Positions 11,480 to 20,197 of a stretch of 64,000 nt of DNA are shown here, piece after piece. Source of the DNA: an uncultured Clostridia bacterium. Its GTDB lineage: Bacteria; Bacillota; Clostridia; Oscillospirales; CAG-272. Every line of letters starts with the position of its first letter. Position 1 is the first letter of the stretch. The translations under genes and the position numbers were made by a program. The stretch covers positions 4,204 through 68,203 of the forward strand of contig CALXXF010000006.1 of NCBI GenBank assembly GCA_944392615.1, given 5' to 3'. Below the pieces are notes generated by a model, which saw nothing but the letters and a program-made list of their open reading frames with translations, had not been told where the DNA came from and did not search any database.

Positions 11480-12259
11480 TCAGCTTTCTGAGATTACGTC
11501 ATCCGCAAGTTTATTTTCCAGCACATCGGCAAAAGCATTTATGCTGTGAGCAAGACCGTTTGCCCAATCTATAACGACAGAGTCGTCCTTGTATACATCC
11601 GGATGAGCTCTTATCTCAAGGACCTGTTCCATAACCTGAGGTTCCGGAACAATTCCCTTTTCGAGAGCCCACTCTCCCGCCTCTGTTTTAGATATGACCT
11701 TGTCTTTTTCAAGTGTATATAACGAACGTGCTATGTCAAGCATAAGACCTGCTTTGGATATGTTCTGAGCATGTCTTTTTGCCCCTGCCCTTATCCCGGC
11801 AAGCTGCTTTCCCACAGCGGCGATTATATCTGAATGGGTAGGTCTTTTCATATCCTGTCTTATGTCGTCACCGCATATCAGGACTCCGTTGTCGAGAATG
11901 TCAAGTATCGTAAAGACGTCGGCTACATAAAGGCTTGTTATCCGGTCAGACGATGCGCCCCACAGCACGACACGGTCCCTTTTGTTATAGAGAAATCCGT
12001 CTTTGCTCACAAAAACACCTTCGTAGATCCTGAAATCCTCGCGTTCGGAATAATCTATCCGCATGGAATTTCTAAGGTGAACAAGCATTTGTGCAGTATC
12101 TTCCGGTATCGTATCCTTTGTGATACAAAGAATGTCGACGTCGCTCCAACCGGGCTTAAAATCATTCCCGGCAACAGAACCGTGCAGATATACAGTAGGC
12201 GAAAGTCCGGATAGCAAGTCACATATTTTTTTTATTATTACATCAAAATTTCTAATCAA
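11480..12259 (-). CDS. nucleotidyltransferase-domain protein (AadA/ANT-like fold)
   Basis: LHGSVAGNDFKPGWSDVDILCIT matches the GS...D.D polymerase-beta-type NTase motif, followed by a helical C-terminal half. TTG start with a weak SD, 6 nt after the rsmI stop. Confidence 0.55.
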   Translation of the reverse strand: MIRNFDVIIKKICDLLSGLSPTVYLHGSVAGNDFKPGWSDVDILCITKDTIPEDTAQMLVHLRNSMRIDYSEREDFRIYEGVFVSKDGFLYNKRDRVVLWGASSDRITSLYVADVFTILDILDNGVLICGDDIRQDMKRPTHSDIIAAVGKQLAGIRAGAKRHAQNISKAGLMLDIARSLYTLEKDKVISKTEAGEWALEKGIVPEPQVMEQVLEIRAHPDVYKDDSVVIDWANGLAHSINAFADVLENKLADDVISES

Positions 12260-12265
12260 TTATAA

Positions 12266-13171
12266 TCAATCGCTTTCATTTTTGGAATTATGTATCTCTT
12301 TGTAAATAACGCTCTTAGCAACGCCACGGTCGCGCGCAGTCTGCTTTACGGCATCCATTACAGAAAGTCCGGCGCTTGTATAATATTCCACATGTTCGGC
12401 AACGCTCATGTGCGAAAAAAATGAATCATCATCGCCAGGCTGAGCTCCGTCAAGAACTATTACATATTCACCGCGCGGCTCGTTTACCGTATAATATTCA
12501 AGTGCACCTGACAAAGTGGTGCGCATTACTTCCTCGTTGATTTTTGTAAGCTCCCTGCAAATTGCCGTCCTTCTTTTATTTCCGAATGTCTCACACATGA
12601 GCTCAAGAGTTTGACGCATGTTGTGAGGCGCCTCGTAAAATATTATGGTACGTCCTTCATTCTTCAGTTCTGACAATCTCTGCAGCCTCTGATTCCGCGT
12701 TCCCTCAAGGAATCCCTCAAAGACAAACCTTCTTGTACTGAGTGCTGAGAGTGAAAGCGCTGTTATCGCGGCACAGGGGCCTGGTATCGACGTTACATTT
12801 ATGTTGTTTTCCGTAGCAAGACGAACAAGGTCTTCACCCGGATCGCTTATTGCAGGAGTTCCGGCATCGGTAACAAGGGCGCACGACCTCCCTGCCAAAA
12901 GCTCCTCGATAATTCTGCCTCCGCTTTCACGCTTGTTATGCTCATGATACGATATCATCGGTTTGGATATTCCCGAAAAAGAAAGCAATTTCATCGTATT
13001 TCTTGTATCTTCAGCTGCTATTATATCCACTTCTGACAGAACTTTTACAGCTCTTTCGCTCAAATCAGAGAGATTTCCTATAGGAGTTGAGACAAGATAA
13101 AGAGTTGAGGCAAGAACAGCGTTTTTGTCTTCACGGTCTTTCATATTCATCTTTGAATCTTCCATTGTCAT
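12266..13171 (-). CDS. rsmI: 16S rRNA (cytidine1402-2'-O)-methyltransferase
   Basis: LYLVSTPIGNLSDLSERAVKVLSEVDIIAAEDTRNT is the RsmI/tetrapyrrole-methylase-fold signature. The true start is probably one of the internal Met codons at 13150 or 13144. Confidence 0.85.
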   Translation of the reverse strand: MTMEDSKMNMKDREDKNAVLASTLYLVSTPIGNLSDLSERAVKVLSEVDIIAAEDTRNTMKLLSFSGISKPMISYHEHNKRESGGRIIEELLAGRSCALVTDAGTPAISDPGEDLVRLATENNINVTSIPGPCAAITALSLSALSTRRFVFEGFLEGTRNQRLQRLSELKNEGRTIIFYEAPHNMRQTLELMCETFGNKRRTAICRELTKINEEVMRTTLSGALEYYTVNEPRGEYVIVLDGAQPGDDDSFFSHMSVAEHVEYYTSAGLSVMDAVKQTARDRGVAKSVIYKEIHNSKNESD

Positions 13172-13913
13172 ATATATATGCGAAATCCGGAGAATCTACG
13201 TATTCCGTTCCGGAATCGCTGTTTAATATATTTTTTATGATAAGCGGTTTTGTAAGATAGACTCCGGGGAAAGCCCCTTTTTTCGCCTCAACAAGCACAG
13301 ATGACGGCTTGTGCATTACATCGGAATGTACAAATGTCATTCTTTTGATTTCAAGACCGGACAACCTTGCAGCACAAATAAGATCGCAAAGCCTGTCAGG
13401 TCTGTAGACTGCGTAGAAGGATCCGCCGTATTTCAGCAATCGGGAGGCTGCAGCGCAGAAATCTGAAATATCTCCCATTACCTCATGCCTTGCAATTTGT
13501 TTTTCATCATACCTGCTTGATTTACCGCTGTCTGCCTTCATATACGGAGGATTGGTAAAAACCACATCTGCTGTACCTCCTATATCCGACGAAGCCATCT
13601 CGCGTATGTCGCGCCAGTGCACTATAAGACGCTCCTCAAGCCGATTGATGACGGCATTCCGCCTCATCATATCTGCGTAGCATTCCTGTATTTCCGCTGC
13701 ATGCACCAAAGACAGCTTTCCTTTGGAAAGAAGCAAAAGTGATATAACGCCGCTTCCGGCACCAAGCTCTACGCCTATTCCGCCTGACTTTGGACGCACA
13801 TAGGCATACAGAAGATACGCATCGGTGCCATACGCAAGACCTCTTGTATTTTGTATCAGCCGTATATCCTCATTCACATTGTTAAGTTTTTCGTAAAAGC
13901 CTTCCATAAACAT
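13131..13913 (-). CDS. SAM-dependent methyltransferase, YabB / tRNA1(Val) adenine-N6-MTase-like
   Basis: VELGAGSGVISLLL (SAM motif I) and FTNPPYM (the NPPY N6-amino-MTase motif). It occupies the position of yabB upstream of rsmI. Confidence 0.7.
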   Translation of the reverse strand: MFMEGFYEKLNNVNEDIRLIQNTRGLAYGTDAYLLYAYVRPKSGGIGVELGAGSGVISLLLLSKGKLSLVHAAEIQECYADMMRRNAVINRLEERLIVHWRDIREMASSDIGGTADVVFTNPPYMKADSGKSSRYDEKQIARHEVMGDISDFCAAASRLLKYGGSFYAVYRPDRLCDLICAARLSGLEIKRMTFVHSDVMHKPSSVLVEAKKGAFPGVYLTKPLIIKNILNSDSGTEYVDSPDFAYIYDNGRFKDEYERP

Positions 13914-14003
13914 GTCCTTGATATGTCCTTGCGGGAAAAAAGGGCCGCCGTATACGGCAGAAGCCGGTCCGGCAACCCTTTTATCAATTATCGGTTTTTC
14001 TGA

Positions 14004-14183
14004 TTACTGCTCTGACTTAGGTGCTCCGACGGGGCACACTCCGGCGCACGCACCGCACTCAATGCACTCATCGGGATTGATAACGTACTTGCCGTCCTCG
14101 TCCTCTTTGATAGCGCTTACAGGGCACTCGCCGGCGCACGCGCCGCATCCGATGCACTCATCCTTATTGATTTTATATGCCAT
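14004..14183 (-). CDS. 2x[4Fe-4S] ferredoxin (59 aa; below the ORF-track cutoff)
   Basis: Hand translation gives MAYKINKDECIGCGACAGECPVSAIKEDEDGKYVINPDECIECGACAGVCPVGAPKSEQ*, with two CxxCxxCxxxCP motifs. GGAGGTG lies 5 nt upstream of the ATG. Confidence 0.85.
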   Translation of the reverse strand: MAYKINKDECIGCGACAGECPVSAIKEDEDGKYVINPDECIECGACAGVCPVGAPKSEQ

Positions 14184-14212
14184 AACTACACCTCCGTGTT
14201 TTTTATGCTATA

Positions 14213-14241
14213 ATTATACACGACCTCATAACTCTTGTCAA
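14213..14241 (-). promoter_or_regulatory. sigma-A promoter of the ferredoxin gene
   Basis: On the minus strand: TTGACA (14236-14241), 17 nt, TATAAT (14213-14218), ~30 nt upstream of the ATG. Confidence 0.7.
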
Positions 14242-14260
14242 TCACTTTATGGTTTTTTTA

Positions 14261-16111
14261 TCAATAATCTTTATTTCCAGCGTTGCCTTTTTTACCGGTA
14301 TCTTCGGATGAATTTTCAGATGAAGATTTGTTTTTCTGCCGCAATCTTGCGCTTTTTCGCACAGAATTGCTCGGTATAGGCTCGTATTTTCTGCGCGGCT
14401 GAGTAGAAGTCTGCTCTGCGGCATTTTTTCTGCCACTCTGTGCGTTCCTGTCGTGCAAATCGCCGGAAACTGTTTCCTGAGTGCCGGAAACCTGCGCGCG
14501 CTCGGTCCGGATATTTCCGGGCTCATGTTCTGAATGATACGCTGCTTTTTTTACATGCTCTTTTCCTGGTCCATGCTCCCTTATGTCACGGCGCTTTGCA
14601 TCCGGGGAATATTTGGGACGCCTTTGGCTTTTTTGACGTCTCGTATACTGAGCAGACTGATTGTCTGTCCTTTCCCGACTGACAGAATCGGCTGCTGCAC
14701 TCACAGCGGCGTCAGATATGTCATCAGGACTCTCAGTATGTCTGTCGTCTGAATACTTGATTTTCTGACGATGCTCAAACCCTATGCGCGTTCTTATATT
14801 TTTTCCGGTATCGTTCTGCCGAGATTTAATATTTGCAGCGCGATCTGTCGACTGACCGGAAGACATATCTGTGCTGTTTTCCGCACGGTCTGCATGTTTC
14901 TTTTCGTGGTCATTATGCTCAGCTCTTTTGGAATCCTGATTTCTTTTGACTGCCTTCTGAGCATCCTCGCTCTTTTTGTCCGTGAAAGCCTTATTCTGAC
15001 TGTTACGCGATTCATTCGACTCAGTACCATCGTCGGAAATCATGGCGTTGTCAGCATCGCGGCGTTTATCATGTACATCGGCATTGTCATTTCTGCTGCG
15101 GGAGTGCCGCTTTTCCGTCTCAGGCTCAAAAGACTGCTCTTTTTCATCATGCCCCTTTGATTTTTTTGACGTCTCCTCCCCATCGGCAGCCCTACAAAGA
15201 TTTTCCGCTCTGCTTACAGGAATTTGCTTATCTCCGGGCTTCTCGTCGTCGCTCTTTTTTTCCTGCGGTTTCAGCATAGACAAATGGTATACCTTCGCCT
15301 GCTTTTCTGCATCGCTGTCGAGCATGACCTTGACATTGTTTTCAAGCGGCTTGATTTCGGTAACAACTCCGACTCCGTCAGGTGTTATGACCCTTGAATC
15401 GACCTTGGGCATTTTTCTTATTTCTTCCTGATATGTATCGTACTCATATCTGAGGCAGCACATCAGCCTCCCGCATGCTCCGGAAATCTTTGAGCTGTTC
15501 AGCGAGAGATTCTGGTCCTTTGCCATTTTAATAGAGACCTGCACAAAGTCCTGCAAAAAGGTGTTGCAGCAAAACGGCCTGCCGCAGATACCGAGGCCTC
15601 CCATCAGCTTTGCTTCGTCGCGTATGCCTATCTGCCGCAGTTCTATTCTTGTCCTGAACACAGAGGCAAGGTCCTTAACCAGCTCTCTGAAATCGACCCT
15701 GTCGTCTGAAGTAAAGTAGAAAAGAAGTTTGGAATTGTCAAAGGTATACTCAACATCGATGAGCTTCATATCAAGACCGTGTGAAATAATTTTTCCCGAA
15801 CATATATCGAAAGCTTCCCTTTCCTTCTCTTTGTTGGCTTCAAAACGGGCATCGTCACTTTCATCGGCTATTCTTATGACATTTTTCAGCGGGAGCACAA
15901 GCTCTTCTCTCTTCACCCAGGTATTTGCCAGAGCCACTCTTCCGTATTCCAGACCGCGCGCTGTTTCAACTATGGCATGCTCATCCTGAGATGCCGTAAA
16001 ACCGTTGGCATTGAAATAATATATCTTAGATGAGCCCCTGAAAGAAATGCCTATTATCTCGACACTTCTGGGCAGTTCATCGTCAGCAAAAACACTTTTC
16101 TCGGTATCCAC
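14261..16111 (-). CDS. yaaT: PSP1-domain protein YaaT/RicT-like with a long charged C-terminal extension
   Basis: The N-terminal ~285 aa are the PSP1 domain (GICGRPFCCNTFL, GACGRLMCCLRYE). The remaining ~330 aa are low-complexity and rich in K/R/D/E/S. Confidence 0.85.
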   Translation of the reverse strand: MDTEKSVFADDELPRSVEIIGISFRGSSKIYYFNANGFTASQDEHAIVETARGLEYGRVALANTWVKREELVLPLKNVIRIADESDDARFEANKEKEREAFDICSGKIISHGLDMKLIDVEYTFDNSKLLFYFTSDDRVDFRELVKDLASVFRTRIELRQIGIRDEAKLMGGLGICGRPFCCNTFLQDFVQVSIKMAKDQNLSLNSSKISGACGRLMCCLRYEYDTYQEEIRKMPKVDSRVITPDGVGVVTEIKPLENNVKVMLDSDAEKQAKVYHLSMLKPQEKKSDDEKPGDKQIPVSRAENLCRAADGEETSKKSKGHDEKEQSFEPETEKRHSRSRNDNADVHDKRRDADNAMISDDGTESNESRNSQNKAFTDKKSEDAQKAVKRNQDSKRAEHNDHEKKHADRAENSTDMSSGQSTDRAANIKSRQNDTGKNIRTRIGFEHRQKIKYSDDRHTESPDDISDAAVSAAADSVSRERTDNQSAQYTRRQKSQRRPKYSPDAKRRDIREHGPGKEHVKKAAYHSEHEPGNIRTERAQVSGTQETVSGDLHDRNAQSGRKNAAEQTSTQPRRKYEPIPSNSVRKSARLRQKNKSSSENSSEDTGKKGNAGNKDY

Positions 16112-16133
16112 TTTTCAAAGCCTTTCATGTAAA

Positions 16134-17132
16134 TTATAGAGTGTTGAATTTGGTAAACAGGTATGATTTTATTGTCAGCACATTGGGATTATACAAGTAC
16201 ATTCTCTCAGCTTCACTGAGTATGTCGTTTATAGACAGGAGCTTGTCAAGCGAGAGTTTTTTTGAAAAATCTTTTGTTTTTTCGGTAACCGGAAAAAGAA
16301 AATCGCACTCGCCGTATGTTACACGATAAGCCATAATATCACGGACGAGAGTCCTTATAGCAAACACAGAATCAAAAAAATCCGTTCTCACCGGTGGCAG
16401 TGAGTTTATTTTGATGTTAAGCTTTTCGGTATTACGTTCGCACACAGCTTCAATTATATCCACGATAATGTAATTGACATCCCCGTGCCTTTTATTGGAC
16501 TCCGACACCTTTGACAGTGCGTCTCCGTAAGTCCCGTTAGACGAGCGTATTGCCGTAATGAACGCCGAGTGGTCCTTGAAATCCATTTCTCTGGCTTCCT
16601 CAGAATGAGAAAGAAGAAGCTCTGCCAGCTCTTCCTGTGAAAAGACCTGCATTCTGAGCACGGGAGCTCTCGAACGTATCGTCGGCAAAAGGGATGATGT
16701 GTTGACACATAAAAACAGTACGTAAACGGAAGACGGAGGCTCTTCCACGAGCTTGAGAAGAGCGTTCATTGCAGCCTTGGTAAGCGCTTCTGCGTTGTTT
16801 ATTATTATGAACTTATAATCAAGATCGTTAGGCTTTATATATGCTTTAAGACGGAGTCCCCTTACGGCATCGACGCCTATTGTCTTTCTGTCGTCTGAAA
16901 GAGAGACCTCTATAATATCAGGCGAGATACCGCTCATTATCTTTCTGATATTTGCCGCCGTATCCGCCATATACGCCGCCATTGTTCTTGCAAAAGTCAG
17001 TTTTCCCGACTCTTCCGGGCCTTCTATTATGTAGGCGTGTGAAAGTCTTTTTCGTCTGATATCGGTGATGATCGTCTGCTTTAGGTGATCATTACCGTAA
17101 ATGGCGTCCCACAGACCCGTTTTATCCGCCAT
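16134..17132 (-). CDS. holB: DNA polymerase III delta-prime subunit
   Basis: 332 aa with AAA+ clamp-loader layout (HAYIIEGPEESGKLTFA, ALLKLVEEPP, TIRSR). It sits upstream of yaaT, as in Bacillus. Confidence 0.8.
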   Translation of the reverse strand: MADKTGLWDAIYGNDHLKQTIITDIRRKRLSHAYIIEGPEESGKLTFARTMAAYMADTAANIRKIMSGISPDIIEVSLSDDRKTIGVDAVRGLRLKAYIKPNDLDYKFIIINNAEALTKAAMNALLKLVEEPPSSVYVLFLCVNTSSLLPTIRSRAPVLRMQVFSQEELAELLLSHSEEAREMDFKDHSAFITAIRSSNGTYGDALSKVSESNKRHGDVNYIIVDIIEAVCERNTEKLNIKINSLPPVRTDFFDSVFAIRTLVRDIMAYRVTYGECDFLFPVTEKTKDFSKKLSLDKLLSINDILSEAERMYLYNPNVLTIKSYLFTKFNTL

Positions 17133-17175
17133 CCGACACAGCCCCCAGTCATTTTCCCAAAATATACACGCTGTA

Positions 17176-17204
17176 ATTATATCATTGTTTTATTTTTTTG
17201 TCAA
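17176..17204 (-). promoter_or_regulatory. sigma-A promoter of holB-yaaT
   Basis: On the minus strand: TTGACA (17199-17204), 17 nt, TATAAT (17176-17181), ~45 nt upstream of the holB ATG. Confidence 0.65.
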
Positions 17205-17540
17205 ATACAAATTGTGATAGCCCCATATGATTGCCGCATATACCTGCACCTGTTGTTTTTTCAGCGAACAAAAATAACGAGCCGTAAAAGACCCGTTACT
17301 TTTTTATATAACCGGAAGAACACAATATCTGCCGGTAAAAGGACGCTGACAGGACATTGATTCGGGAGTAAAAGCGATGCAGGAAAAGATAAAACAGTCC
17401 TCCAAACGTTTCTCAGAGTCCTAAAATCCGCTGAAGCAACAGCCGGATATGCGCTTACGAAAATGCATTTACGAGGGTGTCAAAAGCAAAAAGTAAAAAC
17501 TCACTGTATATTTTTGACATCTGTATTTGAATTTTAGAAG

Positions 17541-18722
17541 TCACTTTATTATATTTACTCTTATGACTCCGTCAATAGAGGCAAAGCTCTGCGCACTGAC
17601 CGCTTCTGAATCAGCTGGAGATATGTCTGCAATAGTATATGCAAAATCTCCTTTGGAACGGTTGACAAAATGCTCTATGTTTATATTTTTATCAGCCATA
17701 ACCGATGATATTTTCGAAATAACTGCAGGAACATTATAGTGGAGTATACATATTCTTGACAGACCGCCCCTCTCAAGCACGACCTTCGGATAATTCACGC
17801 TGTTGTTTATATTTCCGTTTTCGAGATAATCTACTATCTGCCGGGCAGCTGAAACAGCGCAGTTGTCCTCTGATTCAGTAGTTGAGGCGCCGAGGTGCGG
17901 TATGGTTATTATATTTTTCACTCCGATGATCTCATCGGTAGGAAAATCGGTTACGTACCTTGCGACTTTTCCGCTCTCAACCGCCTCAATCATATCGTCC
18001 GAGTTTACAAGCTCTGCTCTTGAAAGATTTATTATTCTTACAGAATCTTTCATTTTTTCAAAATTGTTTTTGCAGAACATACCCTTTGTCTCGTCTGTTG
18101 CCGGGATATGCACAGATATAAAGTCACTTTTTTCAAATATTTCATCATAGCTTGACGCACGCTTTACGTTTCTTGAGAGATTCCACGCGCTCTCAACGGA
18201 CAAATACGGATCGTATCCGATGACATTCATTCCTATTGACGAAGATGCCGCCGTGTTTGCAACCATTCCGCCTATAGCTCCGAGTCCTATAACGCCGAGC
18301 GTCTTTCCGGCAAGCTCTATTCCGGCAAACGCGGATTTTCCCTTTTCAACCGCCTTAGCGACTCCTTCATTTCCGGCAAGGGACTGAGCCCAGCATATAC
18401 CGCCGTATATGTCCCGTGCGGCAAGAAGCAGGGCGGCGATAGTGAGCTCTTTGACTCCGTTTGCATTAGCGCCTGGGGTGTTGAATACAACAATTCCCTC
18501 TTTGGAACATCTTTCCACGGGTATATTATTTACGCCTGCACCCGCTCTTGCAATCGCCATCAGTTTTTTACCGAACGCCATGTCGTGCATTGCCGCAGAC
18601 CTTACAAGAATTGCCGACGGGTCATCACAGCTTTCAGAAACTGCATATTTTGCCCTGTCAAATTCGTCGGTCCCTATTTTTGCAATTTTATTGAGAAGCA
18701 GTATATTTTCCATACAAAACAT
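17541..18722 (-). CDS. serA: D-3-phosphoglycerate dehydrogenase (with C-terminal ACT domain)
   Basis: 2-hydroxyacid dehydrogenase motifs (GVIGLGAIGG, the HIPAT region) plus an ACT-like tail. It lies adjacent to serC. Confidence 0.85.
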   Translation of the reverse strand: MFCMENILLLNKIAKIGTDEFDRAKYAVSESCDDPSAILVRSAAMHDMAFGKKLMAIARAGAGVNNIPVERCSKEGIVVFNTPGANANGVKELTIAALLLAARDIYGGICWAQSLAGNEGVAKAVEKGKSAFAGIELAGKTLGVIGLGAIGGMVANTAASSSIGMNVIGYDPYLSVESAWNLSRNVKRASSYDEIFEKSDFISVHIPATDETKGMFCKNNFEKMKDSVRIINLSRAELVNSDDMIEAVESGKVARYVTDFPTDEIIGVKNIITIPHLGASTTESEDNCAVSAARQIVDYLENGNINNSVNYPKVVLERGGLSRICILHYNVPAVISKISSVMADKNINIEHFVNRSKGDFAYTIADISPADSEAVSAQSFASIDGVIRVNIIK

Positions 18723-18853
18723 CCTTTATTGAATATTATATCGACCGGGACAGATCAATCCGTACCGGCCGATATTGATAAGTTTTCAGCCTGTAAAATC
18801 GGGGTAACTACCTGTAAATCGACATTTGTGTTCCGTGCAGAGACAGAGCATGC

Positions 18854-19945
18854 TCATTTCTTCGGATTGCGTTTTGCAAAATCTTTCATGAATTCGACAA
18901 GCGCCTCAACGCCTTCAACGGGCATGGCATTGTAAATGGACGCCCTCATTCCGCCTACAGAACGATGCCCTTTGATGTTTTTAAGTCCCGCATTGCCCGC
19001 CTCTTTGGCAAACGCGGCGTCAAGGTCCGCGTCGCCCGTGACAAACGTTACATTCATCATGGAACGAGCCGATTTTTCGTTGGGATTTATATAATAGTCC
19101 TGGCTGTCTATATAGTCATACAAAACGGCAGCTTTTTTCATGTTGTATTCTTTCATTTTTTCAAGTCCGCCGATATCATCAAGTATCCAGTCATAAACCA
19201 ATCCGGCAATATATATGCACCAGCACGGCGGGGTATTGTACATTGAGTCATTGTCGGCCATCGTTTTGTAGTCAAGCATGGTAGGACAACCGGGAAGACT
19301 TGCTCCGATGAGGTCATCTCTGACTATGACGACTGTGAGTCCGGCAGGAGCCATATTTTTCTGAGCGCCTGCGTAAATTATACCGAATCTGGACACATCA
19401 ACAGGCTCTGATATTATGCACGAGGACATATCTGCGACAAGAGGTATGTCGCCGGTATCCGGAATATAATCCCACTTGGTGCCGAATATCGTGTTGTTGA
19501 AACAAATATGGACGTAAGATGCATCCTTTCTGAAATCGTCCTCTGTGAGACGCGGTATATAAGTATTGTTTTTGTCCTCAGACGATGCGGCAAGGCGTAT
19601 GTCTCCGTACTTCTGAGCTTCCTTGTAGGCCTTTTTCGAAAACTGACCGGTGACGACATAATCCGCCTTACCTGTCCTGCCTATGAGATTGAGAGGGACC
19701 GCAGCGAACTGCGTGGATGCCCCGCCCTGTAAAAAAAGCACCTTGTAGTTATCCGGTATGGCCATCAGCTTGCGCAGCTTTGCCTCGGCGTTTTCTATTA
19801 TAGCAGCATAAACCGTGGAGCGGTGACTCATCTCCATCACCGACATTCCTGAGCCGCCGTAGTTCAGTAATTCAGACTCAGCTTTTTCGAGAACCGGCAA
19901 CGGAAGCATCGATGGTCCTGCTGAAAAGTTGTAGACACGTTCCAT
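18854..19945 (-). CDS. serC: phosphoserine aminotransferase
   Basis: YNFSAGPSMLP...GGASTQF...AGAQKNMAPAGLTVVIVR...GGMRASIYNAMP are canonical SerC motifs. Confidence 0.9.
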   Translation of the reverse strand: MERVYNFSAGPSMLPLPVLEKAESELLNYGGSGMSVMEMSHRSTVYAAIIENAEAKLRKLMAIPDNYKVLFLQGGASTQFAAVPLNLIGRTGKADYVVTGQFSKKAYKEAQKYGDIRLAASSEDKNNTYIPRLTEDDFRKDASYVHICFNNTIFGTKWDYIPDTGDIPLVADMSSCIISEPVDVSRFGIIYAGAQKNMAPAGLTVVIVRDDLIGASLPGCPTMLDYKTMADNDSMYNTPPCWCIYIAGLVYDWILDDIGGLEKMKEYNMKKAAVLYDYIDSQDYYINPNEKSARSMMNVTFVTGDADLDAAFAKEAGNAGLKNIKGHRSVGGMRASIYNAMPVEGVEALVEFMKDFAKRNPKK

Positions 19946-20074
19946 TATATGTTCTTTCTCCGCCAGCGATTATTTCCGATCAGAGGCGCACGCCAAGGCG
20001 GATGACGGCGCCCGACACAGTCAAAGCGCAAAAAACTCAAATAGAGCAGGCAATAAACTGAAATGATCGTTTCC

Positions 20075-20104
20075 ATTATAAAATATATGCAAAAGAGTTG
20101 TCAA
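20075..20104 (-). promoter_or_regulatory. candidate sigma-A promoter of serC-serA
   Basis: On the minus strand: TTGACA (20099-20104), 18 nt, TATAAT (20075-20080). This leaves a ~130-nt leader. Confidence 0.5.
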
Positions 20105-20197
20105 GGCGTATTGCCAAACACCGTAAAATACAGCAAGATTTTTTCGCTTTTCTAACAGATAAAAGAAAATTTTGTTAAATATGTCTGATTCATGTGT

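Noticed and set aside
13912-14379. 155-aa plus-strand ORF.
   Set aside because: It lies antisense to the ferredoxin gene. Its repeated HTPAHAPHSMHS-type segments are simply the reverse-complement reading of the CxxCxxC codons, and it also spans a minus-strand promoter.
14771-15431. Several 78-129-aa ORFs on both strands inside the 3' half of yaaT.
   Set aside because: The low-complexity coding sequence of the charged tail leaves other frames open. None has an RBS or a motif.
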